Origin: Neophaeotheca triangularis
Taxonomy: Eukaryota
DNA: 64,000 nucleotides
Direction: 5' to 3'
Assembly: GCA_054600435.1 (NCBI GenBank)
Contig: BAAIJX010000008.1
Coordinates: forward strand, 248,001 to 312,000
The first letter of the stretch is position 1; every line of letters starts with the position of its first letter. Made by a program: the position numbers and the translations under genes. Below the pieces are notes generated by a model. It saw nothing but the letters and a program-made list of their open reading frames with translations. It was not told the origin of the DNA and searched no databases. This document shows, piece by piece, positions 23,594 to 35,646 of the stretch.

Positions 23594-23683
23594 AAAGGCG
23601 CTAGCAAGACGGTCGAGAGCCGAAAAGGTCATGACGATATTGATACCCAGATAGAGCGGCACGTTTCGTAGCTCAGAAAATCA

Positions 23684-24436
23684 TCACGAATTGAAAATAC
23701 GCGAGTACAGCAGCTCGTGCCTCCCCGCCCACAGATCCATGACAGGTACTGTGACAGCGGCGTCTGCGACTTTCGTCTCCCTCTCACGTGCGATGCAGGC
23801 TTTGATCTGTCTCTGTAGTTTCGGGCTCGCGAGCACTGCTTGCGATTGGTAAGGGCCCATGACGCTCGCCCGCACGGCCGCCGAGAGCAGGGCTTTGGCG
23901 TGGTTGAGTAGGAACAGGTACGCTGCGTCGTCTTCCGAGAGCGCCAAGGCAGCGCAGACGGCACCAAACAACGGCGCAAAATGAGCGTTGCGCAGAAGCC
24001 CGAAAACATCAGGTTTAGAAGTTTTCACGGCACTCGCGAACGCAGCCATTGCCTCCGACGCCACTACGCCCGCGGCATCGTCACTGGCAGATGCCTTGAG
24101 CGCTCGGTCCCAGATGGCAAGCAGCGCGCGGCCTTGCGAGACACTGGCGCGTCGGGCCACTGTGCAAGGCGTGCTGGCATCGACGTCGTTGTCGAGAGTT
24201 TCGAGCTGCGCTGGGTCGTGGTAGGCGGTTAGGACATAGGGTAGAGCGGTGCTGGCGAGGTTGGAGAGGGAGAGGTCGAGAAATGAGTCGAAAGCGCGGA
24301 GTCGGGAGGCGGCGGTGGTGTTGCTGCTTTTGGTGCGGGCCAGGAAGGATTCGAGGCCGCTGCTAAAGGCAAAGGAGCCTAGGGGGAGCGCGGAGTCGGA
24401 GAGTAGGAGGAGGGTGTGAAGGTTTGAGGAGCTCAT
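23684..24436 (-). CDS. ureF: Urease accessory protein
   Basis: LSDSALPLGSFAFSSGLES N-terminus; C-terminal HELLYSRIFNS. Confidence 0.95.
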   Translation of the reverse strand: MSSSNLHTLLLLSDSALPLGSFAFSSGLESFLARTKSSNTTAASRLRAFDSFLDLSLSNLASTALPYVLTAYHDPAQLETLDNDVDASTPCTVARRASVSQGRALLAIWDRALKASASDDAAGVVASEAMAAFASAVKTSKPDVFGLLRNAHFAPLFGAVCAALALSEDDAAYLFLLNHAKALLSAAVRASVMGPYQSQAVLASPKLQRQIKACIARERETKVADAAVTVPVMDLWAGRHELLYSRIFNS

Positions 24437-25089
24437 TTCTGGGGTTTGATGTTTCTTGGAGGTTGTTTGGTGTCGTTTTGGAGGTTCAGTGTGCCTCCCA
24501 GTGATGACGAGTTGCGGCTTGCGACAACTATCGGGTACCGTGCATGCTCCAGCGCCTTTTCCATCAAGCTAGGGTAGAACTAGACATATGGGTTATCTTG
24601 AGATGAAGTTGTGTTTCTATATGATATTGCCTGAGGCATCAACATCCCACTTCATCCAAAGAAGCTCCTCCAGGTCTCCATCACAAACCAGCATACCAGC
24701 CTTCCAGCTCATCAACCTTCCAAGGTTCCAAGGTTGTCTCGAGAGCCTAGAGACGGTGACGGTGACAGTGACGGTGACATTGATCACTCATCTCAGGCAG
24801 TGATCATCAGAGCTGCTTGACCCAAATGTAGCTTGTCCACCAAACGACTGCGCTGCTCTGCCACGCTTCACCGGTCTTGTAAGTCACGAGGCATGCCATG
24901 TGCATAGCATCGTGCATGTCGTTGCTTACAGTCGTCACATAATGTGCTTCCTGCATGCGCTGCCTTGCGGGGTTGAAGATATATATATTCACCGCTGACC
25001 CAACTCCTACGACTTCTTTTCACTCTTTCTTCTCGACTACATTTATCTACCCAGCCATCAGCCCCAGTTTATCAAGTATAGCAAGCAGA

Positions 25090-26382
25090 ATGCCAATCAC
25101 CGTCAAAATCGCCAACCATGAGGCCACTCCTTGGACCGAGGGAGACATCGCCAGCTCCATAGGCCTCCTTGAGAAAACCTCCCCACGACACTGGCGGAGA
25201 TGCCAGAGACTGGTACAAAGCTCCTTTAACGACTCCGAACTTAGCACGACGCACGTTTCGCCATCCGAGAACGGCCTCGTTTATGCAGCGTGGCACGCTT
25301 ACAGCAAGCATCATCACCTCGTGCTTCGACCGGAAGACGTCTGGTTCTCCATTCTGGCACAGCTGAGCTTCTACATCAACGCGCACGCCGAGGAGCTCCG
25401 CTCGTTCTTTGTCGACCATGAAGGTCAGGAGGAGCTCGAAGCCATCTCCGAAGTCGCGGACTTTGGAGCTCTGGCGGTTCAGATGACGGAATTGATGGGA
25501 AAGAAGGTTGTCGATCCTGGGTTGCGGGAGTGGGTCGCGCCCTCGTTCTCCACCACAACTCACGATGACACTGTCGTTGGGGCCGTCCTCTTCATGGGTG
25601 CTATGCAGAAGTATTTCAGCTTCGGGATGATGGTAACTTGCGGTCTGCCGTCAGTGACGCTGCTAGGCTCCGTGGACGACTGGAGAGACATCCTCCAGCG
25701 CCTGGACAAGATCGACCAGTTGGGAGAAGAACCAAAACACTTCGCCAACATGCTCCGCCCCATCCTTACCTACATGGTTATGACTTTTGAACACCCCGCC
25801 AGCGCCAAGGTCGACGCTTTCTGGAACCGCATCGTCCACCACAACTACATGGGCAGCGGCACCGACTACCTCTCCGGATGGCTCACGGCGTTCTGTTATT
25901 GGGACGAAGAAGGCACCGCCAAAAGGCCCTCGGAGGATTTGAACATCGATCTCTTCCGGGACAAAGGCTATCCAATCGTCTTCATGGACGCGATACCCGT
26001 CGGCTACGCCTCCGTGCCCGTAAAAGTCAACGACATGGGTCACCAATTCGACGCCACAATGGTCGCCGGCTTAGTCGGCATCGCCGCCGCCCCACACCCT
26101 GGCCATCACCAGCCCTCCCCTAGCGAAGACACCACCGAGTCTGGCCGAAGGGCCCCGGTCAGAGATGCCCTCCAACCCGTCTCGGGCTGGTGGATGTACG
26201 AGAATGAAGCGCCGGGAGAAGCGGAAGCGAGGACGACCGAGATGAAGCAGCTACAACAACAAATCGATCAGTACAAGGCGGAAATAGACGGATTGCGGCC
26301 TTCAGACTACGAGCGACAATGGGAGCTGTACTTGCGCATGTCGCCGTTGAGCCTGCGCTTTCATGAATTGGAGGCGTACTAG
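25090..26382 (+). CDS. DUF4419 family protein
   Basis: AYSKHHHLVLRPEDVWFSIL, P.FSTTT..D, CGLPSVTLLG..DW, YLSGWLTAF motifs typical of DUF4419. Confidence 0.85.
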   Translation: MPITVKIANHEATPWTEGDIASSIGLLEKTSPRHWRRCQRLVQSSFNDSELSTTHVSPSENGLVYAAWHAYSKHHHLVLRPEDVWFSILAQLSFYINAHAEELRSFFVDHEGQEELEAISEVADFGALAVQMTELMGKKVVDPGLREWVAPSFSTTTHDDTVVGAVLFMGAMQKYFSFGMMVTCGLPSVTLLGSVDDWRDILQRLDKIDQLGEEPKHFANMLRPILTYMVMTFEHPASAKVDAFWNRIVHHNYMGSGTDYLSGWLTAFCYWDEEGTAKRPSEDLNIDLFRDKGYPIVFMDAIPVGYASVPVKVNDMGHQFDATMVAGLVGIAAAPHPGHHQPSPSEDTTESGRRAPVRDALQPVSGWWMYENEAPGEAEARTTEMKQLQQQIDQYKAEIDGLRPSDYERQWELYLRMSPLSLRFHELEAY

Positions 26383-27352
26383 TTCCCAACTCCCCGAAGC
26401 GAAAGCTTGCTGCTTCCTTACGAGATTCTCTGCGGCAGGGCAGACCCACGATAATGGCAGAAGTACGTAACTACTACCATTGGCTCAGCATGCCGCAACC
26501 GATGTGAGCCCATTAGGTATCTGCAAGGTAGAATAAGATCAATCGCAGGCAAGTCGTGGGAGAAACAGTCCATTTGCTCCACGTATTCATTCTCAATTGT
26601 ATCAAACATCCTCATCTCCTGCTCCCATTCTTTGCTTGCGCGCCCTTTTCGTCCATCCCTCTTATCACGCGCAGCACCTAGTAGGCCAATACCACAAGCG
26701 CAATGTTTCGCATCGCCATTCTAGCAGCTGCCTGGAAAGTCATGGCGATTGTCCCACGGAGAGACAGGGATTGCGATTAGCGAATTGAACAGTATCGTGA
26801 GTAGGAACCGGAACCTCTTGTTGGGGGCTGAGCCCGTGGCCAACGGGTCTAATTCAGGGGCTAGCCAGAGGTCGTTGGAGAGCCGGGGCGCGGGTCAAGG
26901 GGCACAGCGAGACGTTCGTAATTCGACATTTGGGTATTATCGGTATTGTCTCTGAGGAGACAAGGCAGTGAGTTGCACGCAGACGGAGAGGACTGACAGG
27001 TATGGGGTGCATTTCAAGAATTTCCGTTGAAAGCGTGAATGTGAGAGACGTAGAGCTGTGGCTCAGGAGTCAGGTACCAGTAGTGTTGACGCAAGGTCCC
27101 CTTTGAGACGCAGACGACTGGTAGTGTTGGGAGGTCTCTAGAGTTTGGGTCTTGGTCTTGGGGGTGTCCTTGGAGCTCTTATCGCTCCAGTAACGTGAGT
27201 GGTGGTAGTGTTTGCTACCTAGGTAGACCCGAATACGCTAAGGGAGACTGGCACTGAGGGACACCTGACCAGACTACCCAGTAATCTGTCGAACGGCGCG
27301 ACCATGCATGCGCCTGAGGCTTGCTAGAGTTTCTAACATGTCGTCGTTAAGA

Positions 27353-27781
27353 GGCCGGCACAACGTGAGGTGAGGTCAAAAGCCGGCCCCTGTCCCCAGA
27401 GAGGTCTGAGAGTGAGACAACATATTAATTATTTCCGCCAACGCTCTCACCGACCACTCGACCGCAAAGTCGAGTGGTCAACCCGGGAGTTCGTTTCACT
27501 CGCCGAAGGTCAGGGGTCTTTAATCATCTCCCAAAAGGGAAAAAATCAAAACATTAAAGCTGTGCGTTCGAAACTCGACGCCGTCAACACCTTCAATGGG
27601 TTTAATTGTATCTTGCAATTAATTACTACTGAGCACTAGAGTTTGGACTTCTAGTGGGATCGGGGTTGTGCCGCGCTCTCGAAAGGGGGCGTGTGCCGGG
27701 TCTCAGCATTGGAGGGTCGTTGACGGCCGCAGTCTTTTTTGGCCTTTGTTCTTTCACAAGGTCCGAACAAACTTTTTCTTT
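27353..27781 (+). ncRNA. Unidentified structured RNA candidate
   Basis: Nested hairpins with G-U pairs on the + strand, a GAAA tetraloop, A-box-like and B-box-like motifs, and T-runs; no coding ORF (see findings). Confidence 0.45.
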
Positions 27782-28180
27782 TTCTTTTCCACTTTGGTAA
27801 GTTTTGTTACCTCGTTTCCAGGCGTGATAGATACTAAGCGCGATGGGAATGAAAAGACGCCTTGCAAGGCTAGGAAAAGAGCACATCGTCCATGATACCT
27901 ACAGGCTACATCGTCCGCCAACAAGTCCGTTGAGTATCCTTCGTACTCATCGCCCCTGGGTTTTGTGACCGAACAAGAGCAAAATCTGACATTCTGACCG
28001 CCTCTCACCACGCGAACGGCCCGGAAGGTGTCTGGAGTTTGATCTTGGTATCTTTGCCGATGACTTGTGACTAACCAACCAGATCGCCATCACCAAAATA
28101 CGAACCTTGGAAAATCTCGTCCCATCACCCATCCTCGCTGGCCGCAATCTTTGCGCCATTCCCTCACTCCTTGTACTGCA

Positions 28181-30022
28181 CTACATCCAGGCTGGTGGCC
28201 ACTTGAAAACCACATCAGTCTCATTCTTGGTGCTGTAGAATACCAATCCGTTCACCCACTGCACGGTGCTCAGCAATGGTTTGCCCTCCGTCCCCACTCC
28301 CTCATGTCGAACCGCAAGTGACACATGGAGTTGCCGACGCAGCTTGTCTTTATGCATATGGTTGCTCCACGAAGTGTATACGTGCTTGAATGGATCTGGA
28401 GCGCCGCGGAACATCTCGTCTGGAAGGCCAACAAAGATCCCGCAATCGTCGGGTGATTTAGATGAGCTGGCGAGGTGTAAAGTTTTGTCAGCACTGATGG
28501 CTTCGGCGACGGATATAGCCATGAGGTCCATGTGCCGTTCTGCAGGGGAACGGGTCGCGCTTTGAAACTCCTCGGCAAGATAGCCTCGAAGTCTCCTCTG
28601 TAAGGGGCCTTGGCTTAGTCGGGAAGCAAGGCTTTCGAGACGACCTCGGTGATAATCGTCCAGTCTCGGGGCGCGGTGGTCGCGGCGCTTGCGCTTTCGT
28701 GACAGCGTCGGAAGACTCCAGCACTTTGTCCGCAGGACATCGTTGATTATCCATAGATGACCTTTGGTTTGAATCCCTTCTCTTTCGAATGTTACTTGAG
28801 GGAGTCGACAGCCCTTCAGGTACGTGAGGTGCCTGGATTTTACTGGCGGGTCGAACGCGGCGGTCGTTTTTCGGTTCAGATATGCGCCAACGTCCGTTTC
28901 GGGGGACCATGTTTCGATTTGCTGGCTATCTCTGAGAATCTCCCCGTTCAGGAGGTACATTGCGAGCAAGCAAAGCTGCACGTCATGCTCCTTCTCGAGC
29001 ATCGTGCAGGGATTGAATCGGATGGCGTAATCGCAACTGTTAGCCGCAATGCGAAGACAGTCATGTTCTTTCCCAGTCTGTCTCTGCTGGACATCGGCGA
29101 TGATTCTTGCGGACATTGCCTTGCCTTTTGCATCGCCCGATAGATGGTATAGCACGTTGAACTTAGCAAACCTCTGGAGCATTCCTTCATACGGCCGGGC
29201 CATCGCCAGTTGTTCTGTTTGGCATGCATGCAGAAACAATGTTGCTTGTTCGCGGAAGGTGGTCATGGGAAGGCACATCTCATCCTCGAATAATCCGAAG
29301 TCCGGAGCATTTGTATTGGGGCCACGGCGGATGAGTAAGTCCAAGGCTATCGATGAGAGGTAGTCCTCCTGGTAGATCCACCCTCTTGTCCACCATGGAT
29401 CGTCATACAGCTGCTGTAGCACTCGCAATACCGTTTGCGGACAGCAAAATTCTGTCAGTCTAGGGTCGGCGTCGTCGCGCCACGGCTCCCACTCGACACA
29501 CCGGCTTGACATCAGGTCTTCCAGGGCGTCGACTTCCTCCTGAGAACTGAGCTCCACCGCTAGTAGCCCAACAGGATACGAACTAACACGATAGATCAGG
29601 TCCATGGAGTTTATCGCTTGCTGTTTTGCCTCTCCGTCAATTTGAGGGCTACACTCCTGGTCGATCCAAATGTACGGAGTCTCGCATACTTCGGCGTATC
29701 GAATGACTCGGTCGAGAACCTCATTGCGCACTTTGTTAGATCGCGGCGGCTTGGCTGAAGGATAGCAAATGTCGTAAGCGCCTGCCATGTTGCGCTTAGG
29801 ATTAGGCTCATTCCAGCAATATGAAACGGCGACATAGTCCCCAGTTTCGACAGCGTCCAAGTCTCTATTCAGCTTCAGGACGCTCTCCCCTAGCTCGTCC
29901 ACCTTCAACAGCAGTACATCCTCGAAGAATGTGGCTGATTTGTCGTTCGGCACTTGCTCACATTCCATGTCAAGCAGCCTCAAGACCACCGATGGTTTTG
30001 CGGACTCGTGCTGTGCCTCCAT
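28181..30022 (-). CDS. HET-domain (PF06985-type heterokaryon incompatibility) protein
   Basis: YVAVSYCW, YIWIDQECSPQ, KQQAINSMDLIY, WWTRGWIYQE: the three conserved HET blocks. Confidence 0.9.
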   Translation of the reverse strand: MEAQHESAKPSVVLRLLDMECEQVPNDKSATFFEDVLLLKVDELGESVLKLNRDLDAVETGDYVAVSYCWNEPNPKRNMAGAYDICYPSAKPPRSNKVRNEVLDRVIRYAEVCETPYIWIDQECSPQIDGEAKQQAINSMDLIYRVSSYPVGLLAVELSSQEEVDALEDLMSSRCVEWEPWRDDADPRLTEFCCPQTVLRVLQQLYDDPWWTRGWIYQEDYLSSIALDLLIRRGPNTNAPDFGLFEDEMCLPMTTFREQATLFLHACQTEQLAMARPYEGMLQRFAKFNVLYHLSGDAKGKAMSARIIADVQQRQTGKEHDCLRIAANSCDYAIRFNPCTMLEKEHDVQLCLLAMYLLNGEILRDSQQIETWSPETDVGAYLNRKTTAAFDPPVKSRHLTYLKGCRLPQVTFEREGIQTKGHLWIINDVLRTKCWSLPTLSRKRKRRDHRAPRLDDYHRGRLESLASRLSQGPLQRRLRGYLAEEFQSATRSPAERHMDLMAISVAEAISADKTLHLASSSKSPDDCGIFVGLPDEMFRGAPDPFKHVYTSWSNHMHKDKLRRQLHVSLAVRHEGVGTEGKPLLSTVQWVNGLVFYSTKNETDVVFKWPPAWM

Positions 30023-31020
30023 CGTAGTAGATGTCAGAAAACACTAACTGTCAAGGATGGATTTTTAGAAGAGGGATAGTGGGTATTATAGCCATATTCA
30101 GGGTAAATACTGAGCCCGTCGGTAGAGAGGCGCAGTCTAGCCCCTCGTTCGTATGCAGTATCTTGTACCTTTGGCGAACTAGAGTAGGTACCTCACGGCG
30201 AGTTCCGAATTGCCTCAAGCTGCGTAGATGATGGAGAGCTTCAAAGAAGACTGATTTGAGCACGAGAGATGGGGTATGTATTACGACTGTTTAGTGGATT
30301 CGGAGGCCTACGAGTGTCTCCATTGTGACCCGATAGAGGCATCATGACTGGCAAAGTGCGGCCTCGTGAGGCCTTCAGCTGGTTGAACAATCTCAAAGAA
30401 GCTGGGGATAGCTATCCTCATAGGCTACTGTAAGGTATTCACTAGAAGCTCGCTCAGGTTGCGTTGGCCGATAGCTGCACAGCCCTCAAGGCTCAAGGCA
30501 CTGGAGCCTGATTCGTTCGGCTCGATTGACGAAATTCGGGCGGGGGGAGAGAAGGTACTAGTAGGTATACCGGCCTGAATACGTCGCCATTCTGGTTTCG
30601 TGAGTAGCTTAAGTGTGAAGCTGTTGGAGACGCAAATAGAAGGACGAGAAGTTGATGTTTCGATGAGCGTTGGAAGTACAAGATAGAGTTCGGACGCTGT
30701 GATCTCGTGTTTCCACCGCCCGCTGTGACGACGTCTCGTTTCATCCAAGTTTCGGTCGGTCACGTGTTGTTAGCACGAAAGGATAGTAATCGTGACCATA
30801 CAAAGGTATCAATAACCAAAGCTGAGGTATCTAGGTACGGTATGCTCTTAAGTGAGGTATTCAGGGGTGAGGTGAGGTTTACATTGTACAAGTCACAAAG
30901 TGTAAAAAGGTGGGAGTGAAGAAAGGTGGACCGTGCCAAGCGGTCGTCGGTGATTGGCTGAACCGGCCGGTCGGGGTAGAGAGTCGCGCCTTCCTGAAAC
31001 GCAGCTCTTGCCTGTAACCT

Positions 31021-31068
31021 CACCACTGACTGACACTGACCACTGACCACTGACACTGACACTGACCA
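31021..31068 (+). repeat. Degenerate CACTGAC tandem microsatellite upstream of CLA4
   Basis: caccactgactgacactgaccactgaccactgacactgacactgacc. Confidence 0.8.
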
Positions 31069-31601
31069 GCAGCTCACTTAGGGCCAATTCATGACCACTG
31101 GCCTTCAGTGACTGCGGCGACAACAGGAACAGCAACAACAACCTCCTCTCCCTCACACTCTCCTATTCCCTCCATTCACTGTCACCGTCATCCTCTCCCC
31201 CTTATTGAAGATAACCTCTCTCTCATTCTTTGAACAAAGAACACACCGACATCCACCCGCACGGGAACTCGAAGCGGCGCCCCATACCTTATCGCAAAGC
31301 GAAAGACTGGGCACCTGTGCGACATCACCTCCGCAGAACACTTGGGCAGCAGCGCCTCCTCAAAGCTCAACTGCTGCAACTCTACTTCCGGTACTGTACT
31401 TGTACCGCTACATACATACATACATACATACAATACCGACTCGACGCCGCCCGAACAAAGCGTGTCGTATGCACCGGCGACCCCATCGCAGACGCACGCT
31501 GAGAGACGCAGACCGGGGCGGCTGTCGCGAGACTTCCAGGCGCAGACAAGGCGGCTAACATACCCAAAGACGTCGCCCTCGAGTCTTAGACTGCGGCTAC
31601 A

Positions 31602-34284
31602 ATGGCGGGCACTCAGCCGAACTCGTATGTATCCCTGGTGAGCGTACAAAATGAACCACAGTGATTGATCCGCCGCCAGCATCTACCGCCCCGACCAGTT
31701 TCTCAATACCCGCGAAGCTCCACGCCCACCCACCGATCGCGCAAAGGTCAGCCTTACGCCCAACGTCTCTCAAACCCCCGGCAATCCGAGCCTCATCCAC
31801 CAGAGCACTACCAGCCTCGGCTCTCCGTCTGGAAATTCTCTTGGTCGGAACGAGACTTCCAATGGCGAATTTACCGTCGTCAAGGATGGCTATGCCAAGG
31901 TCAAAGAGGAGGGCGGTGGCTTCATGAAATCTTTCTGGAACGAGCGCTTTCTGGTGTTGAGGGAGAAGCAGCTAGACTTTCTCAAGTCAAACACCACCAG
32001 CAAGACCTCTGCTACCATCTACCTCAAGGAAGTCTCCAACGTCACCCGCTCAGACAACTACCCTTACGCCGTGGAATTGACAAAAGAAGGCAACAAGATG
32101 TGGATTCTCAAGTTCGAGACCGACAATGATGTCTACGCGTGGATCGACAGCATCTACGACCGCTGCCCGAGCATGGGCGGTGTGTCGCACCCTACCGGCT
32201 TCTCCCACCGTGTCCATGTCGGGTTTGACCCTCAGACTGGAGGTTTCGTGGGCTTGCCAGTGGAGTGGGAGCGCCTCCTCAAGGGCTCTGCTCTCACCAA
32301 GGAGGACATGGCCAAGAATCCGGACGCTGTCATGGAAGTTCTACAGTTCTGGTCGGACAAGCTCGCCCCTCGTGCTGAAGACCCCAAGCAGTACTCGTCC
32401 CTCACACCTACACCGCCAGTCGATAGCGGAAAAGAGAAGCAACTCGGTTACTCTGCCGGTAACAGCGTTGCGCCCCCGAGACCTCAACCTCCTGGAGCCC
32501 AGCGCCAGGATAGCTACCAAATGGCACGCAGCCAGGCAGGCACTCCTACTGGTCAACTCTCACGCGAACAGTCTCAGGATCGCTTCGGCCCACCTAGTCG
32601 CTCGAACGCTGCGCCGCAAGGATACGGTCAGGATCCCAGACAGGCTGAAGACGAGCGCAGAAGGAGGCAAGAGGAGGATAGTAGAAGGCGCGCCGACTCA
32701 CAGCGGCGCCGTGAGGAGCAGGAGCGCGAACGACGTGCCCGCCAGGAGCAAGAGGATCGCGAGTACAATGCTTCGTTACCCAAAACAAGAACTCCCACGG
32801 CACAGCAAGAGGTTGGTGGCGGCAGTGGTTACGCGTCGGAAACAAGCCCTAGCCCTCAGTCCTCTCGCTACAACGCTTCGCGGCCTGCTCCCCCAACGCC
32901 TTCAGGCAGTAAGAATGGTCAACAAGGCAGCCAGCTACCCATCCGCAACCTGCAAGCACAGCGACCGGCGCCATCGCCACCAGGACAGCAGAACGGCGCA
33001 AAGGCATCTCCTCAGAAGCAGCAAAGCCCCAATGGCACATCTCAGTACGGCGTCAAGCAACCATCCGCGACCAATGGCCAGTCGCAGGGCCAGAACCAGC
33101 CACCTCTCACTCGCAAGCCATCGACTGGAAACCATTCGAAGCAGCCTTCTGGGGGCCAAGGCGTGAAGCCACTCAACGTCGCTACCAAGCAACCCACCGG
33201 CGCTCCCAAGGAGTCTGCTGTCAAGGCTGCAGAGGCTGCACTCACCAAGAAGGATCCCAACGAAAAGCCGAAAGAAGTGCGCATGAGCGCCATGTCGGAT
33301 GCCCAAGTCATGGAGCGCTTGCGCACGGTCGTCACACTATCGGACCCTCTTCAGAGCTACAACAAGCAGAAGAAGATTGGCCAGGGCGCATCAGGATCTG
33401 TCTACGTAGCACGCATTCGCGAAAATGCGCCTAGCGGGACCGCACAGAACATCGCGAGACAGTATGGACCTCGCGCACAGGTGGCCATTAAGCAGATGGA
33501 CCTGCGTTCGCAACCTCGCAAGGAGCTCATTGTCAACGAAATCATCGTGATGAAGGAGAGCAGGCACGACAACATTGTCAACTTCCTCGACGCATTCCTG
33601 CAAGAGGAGACGTTTGAGCTTTGGGTCGTAATGGAGTTTATGGAGGGTGGAGCTCTCACGGATGTAATTGATAACAACCCCTCGATCACCGAGGAACAGA
33701 TTTCAACCATCTCCTACGAAGTAAGTCTTGCGGATATCTCCCTCACTATGCTTAGCTAACCTCAAACCACCAAGACCTGCAAGGGTCTCATGCACCTCCA
33801 CGCTCAGAACATCATCCACCGCGACATCAAATCCGACAATGTACTCTTGTCTTCTCGCGGAAACGTCAAAATCACCGACTTCGGATTCTGCGCTAAGCTC
33901 ACGGAGCAACGCTCCAAGCGCGCGACCATGGTCGGAACCCCGTACTGGATGGCCCCCGAAGTTGTCAAACAGAAGGAATACGGCAGCAAAGTGGACATTT
34001 GGTCGCTCGGAATCATGGCCATCGAGATGATTGAGTCGGAGCCACCATACTTGAACGAGGAACCCCTCAAGGCGCTGTACTTGATTGCCACCAACGGTAC
34101 GCCACGACTGAAGAAGCCTGAGAAGTTGAGCAAGGAGCTTAAGGCTTTCCTGAGTGTGTGCCTGTGCGTAGACGTCAAGTCTCGTGCCACTGCCGAGGAG
34201 CTGGGTAGGCACGAGTTCTTGCAGCACGGCTGTTCGCTCGCGAGTCTGAGCGAGCTGTTGAGGTTCAGGAAGTCCGGTCATTGA
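31602..34284 (+). CDS. CLA4: PAK-family kinase (PH + CRIB + kinase); 3 exons (31602-31624, 31680-33720, 33775-34284)
   Basis: PH domain before [50 protein letters not shown]; both introns keep the frame. Confidence 0.93.
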
Positions 34285-35646
34285 AGGTGACCACAGAATA
34301 CTTCTATCTGCCAAAGCATATCGCGCAACGACGTGTAAACTTTGAACGAGCGGGTGCTTGCAGGCATTGTTTGCGGAAGTGTGCGGCGGGGACTTTGCTT
34401 CCCTCGACGCGCCTTAAGAAGACGAACAAGATACCACGGTCGGAGTTGTAGGCGGGCTCTTATCTGCTGAGCAGACAGGCTGTCTAAACGGATGGCTAGC
34501 TCCTTTCAGCGATTACGTGAAAACCATGGCGCAAACGGTGTGGCAATGGGTACGGGAAGGGAAAGCCGGGTTTATCGAGCCACGGCTTGATAGCAGTCAG
34601 TATTAGTTATAGATACGGGTAACGGAAAGAAATGATCAAACTCCAAGAAGCGAGAAGCAAGAAGCGTCGAGTTTTCAAATTGGCTTCTACCTAGGTAATT
34701 AATTGATGTTGCCGTTTACTGTGGAATGTGAGAAAAGCTCGGACCTGGCCGGAAGAAGAAGCATGTGCATTTCTGTGTATTTCCGTTCTGTTCTGGACCT
34801 GGACCTGGACCCTGGCCTTTTTCTTTGCACTCTTATTATTATTATTACAAGTCTTGCCTCGCCGTTTGCAGCAGGGCAGGTCCCGCTTGCGACTTCGGGA
34901 TCGTGTCTGTGGCAAGAAATTTGAGTAATCTACCTACAGAACCATCTACGATAGGTAGGTACTTGGCAACATGTTGACAAAACTTGGTTAGGTGGTATCT
35001 AGGTATTTCCCCATCAATCGTCCGTCCAGCATCATCCATACTAGTATCCAGCAGTCGGCAGAAGTAGGTAGAAGTGAAGATAAGGTTGTGGCGCTCGCTC
35101 GGTGATCGGCAGACAGGGCCAGGAAGACGAAACCGACCCACCCCGTCCACCCCGTCACATCATCACATCACATCACTTTGCGCCCGCCTTCTTTTCCCCA
35201 TCCGGCCCTAAACGCCTGGAACGGTGAACTTCACCCAAGCCAGATCCCGACCCGACCCTTCACCGGGATACTTCCACTTCCACCCACCACCCACCACCCA
35301 CTCTTCACTCGGCCGACACCTCACTACTAACATTCAACTCCTCACCTACAAGAGCCTTTACTTAATCAGCAACACCATCGCTTTTCTTTTGCAGCTCTTT
35401 CTGCTTAAAGTTCTCTTCTCTGCAACAACTCTACTACTTGTTGTGTTTGTGGGGTACCGTGATTACCGCTTGCCGAACACGATACCTACACGATACCACG
35501 CTCCCTAGCCTGCTGACTTGGCCTCGAGACCGACAACGCAGCTATCAAGGTGCTCTGCTTCTGATCGGCAAACTTCACATACAACTTCAACACTTCGACT
35601 ACCATCTTCTCTCGCCCTCCCGACCACCTACCAAACCTCGTTCACC

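Noticed and set aside
27353..27388. GGCCGGC...GCCGGCC similar to HDV ribozyme P1
   Set aside because: No P2/P3/L3 elements between the strands and no GG or P4 afterwards.
27398..27412. GAGAGGTCTGAGA resembling RNase P CR-I; GGAAAGTC at ~26734 resembling RNase MRP CR-I
   Set aside because: No complementary P4 partner or CR-V motif at a suitable position.
26400..27802. Telomerase RNA hypothesis for the structured region (U-run plus downstream GTAAGT resembles spliceosomal 3'-end formation)
   Set aside because: No TAACCCT-type template on either strand in the intergenic gap and no convincing P6.1 or pseudoknot.
35518..35646. Non-ATG N-terminal extensions in the ORF track (CDC34-like, LTV1, HEM15, GH78, MRH4)
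   Set aside because: Downstream ATGs in good context match the family N-termini; there is no evidence for near-cognate initiation.
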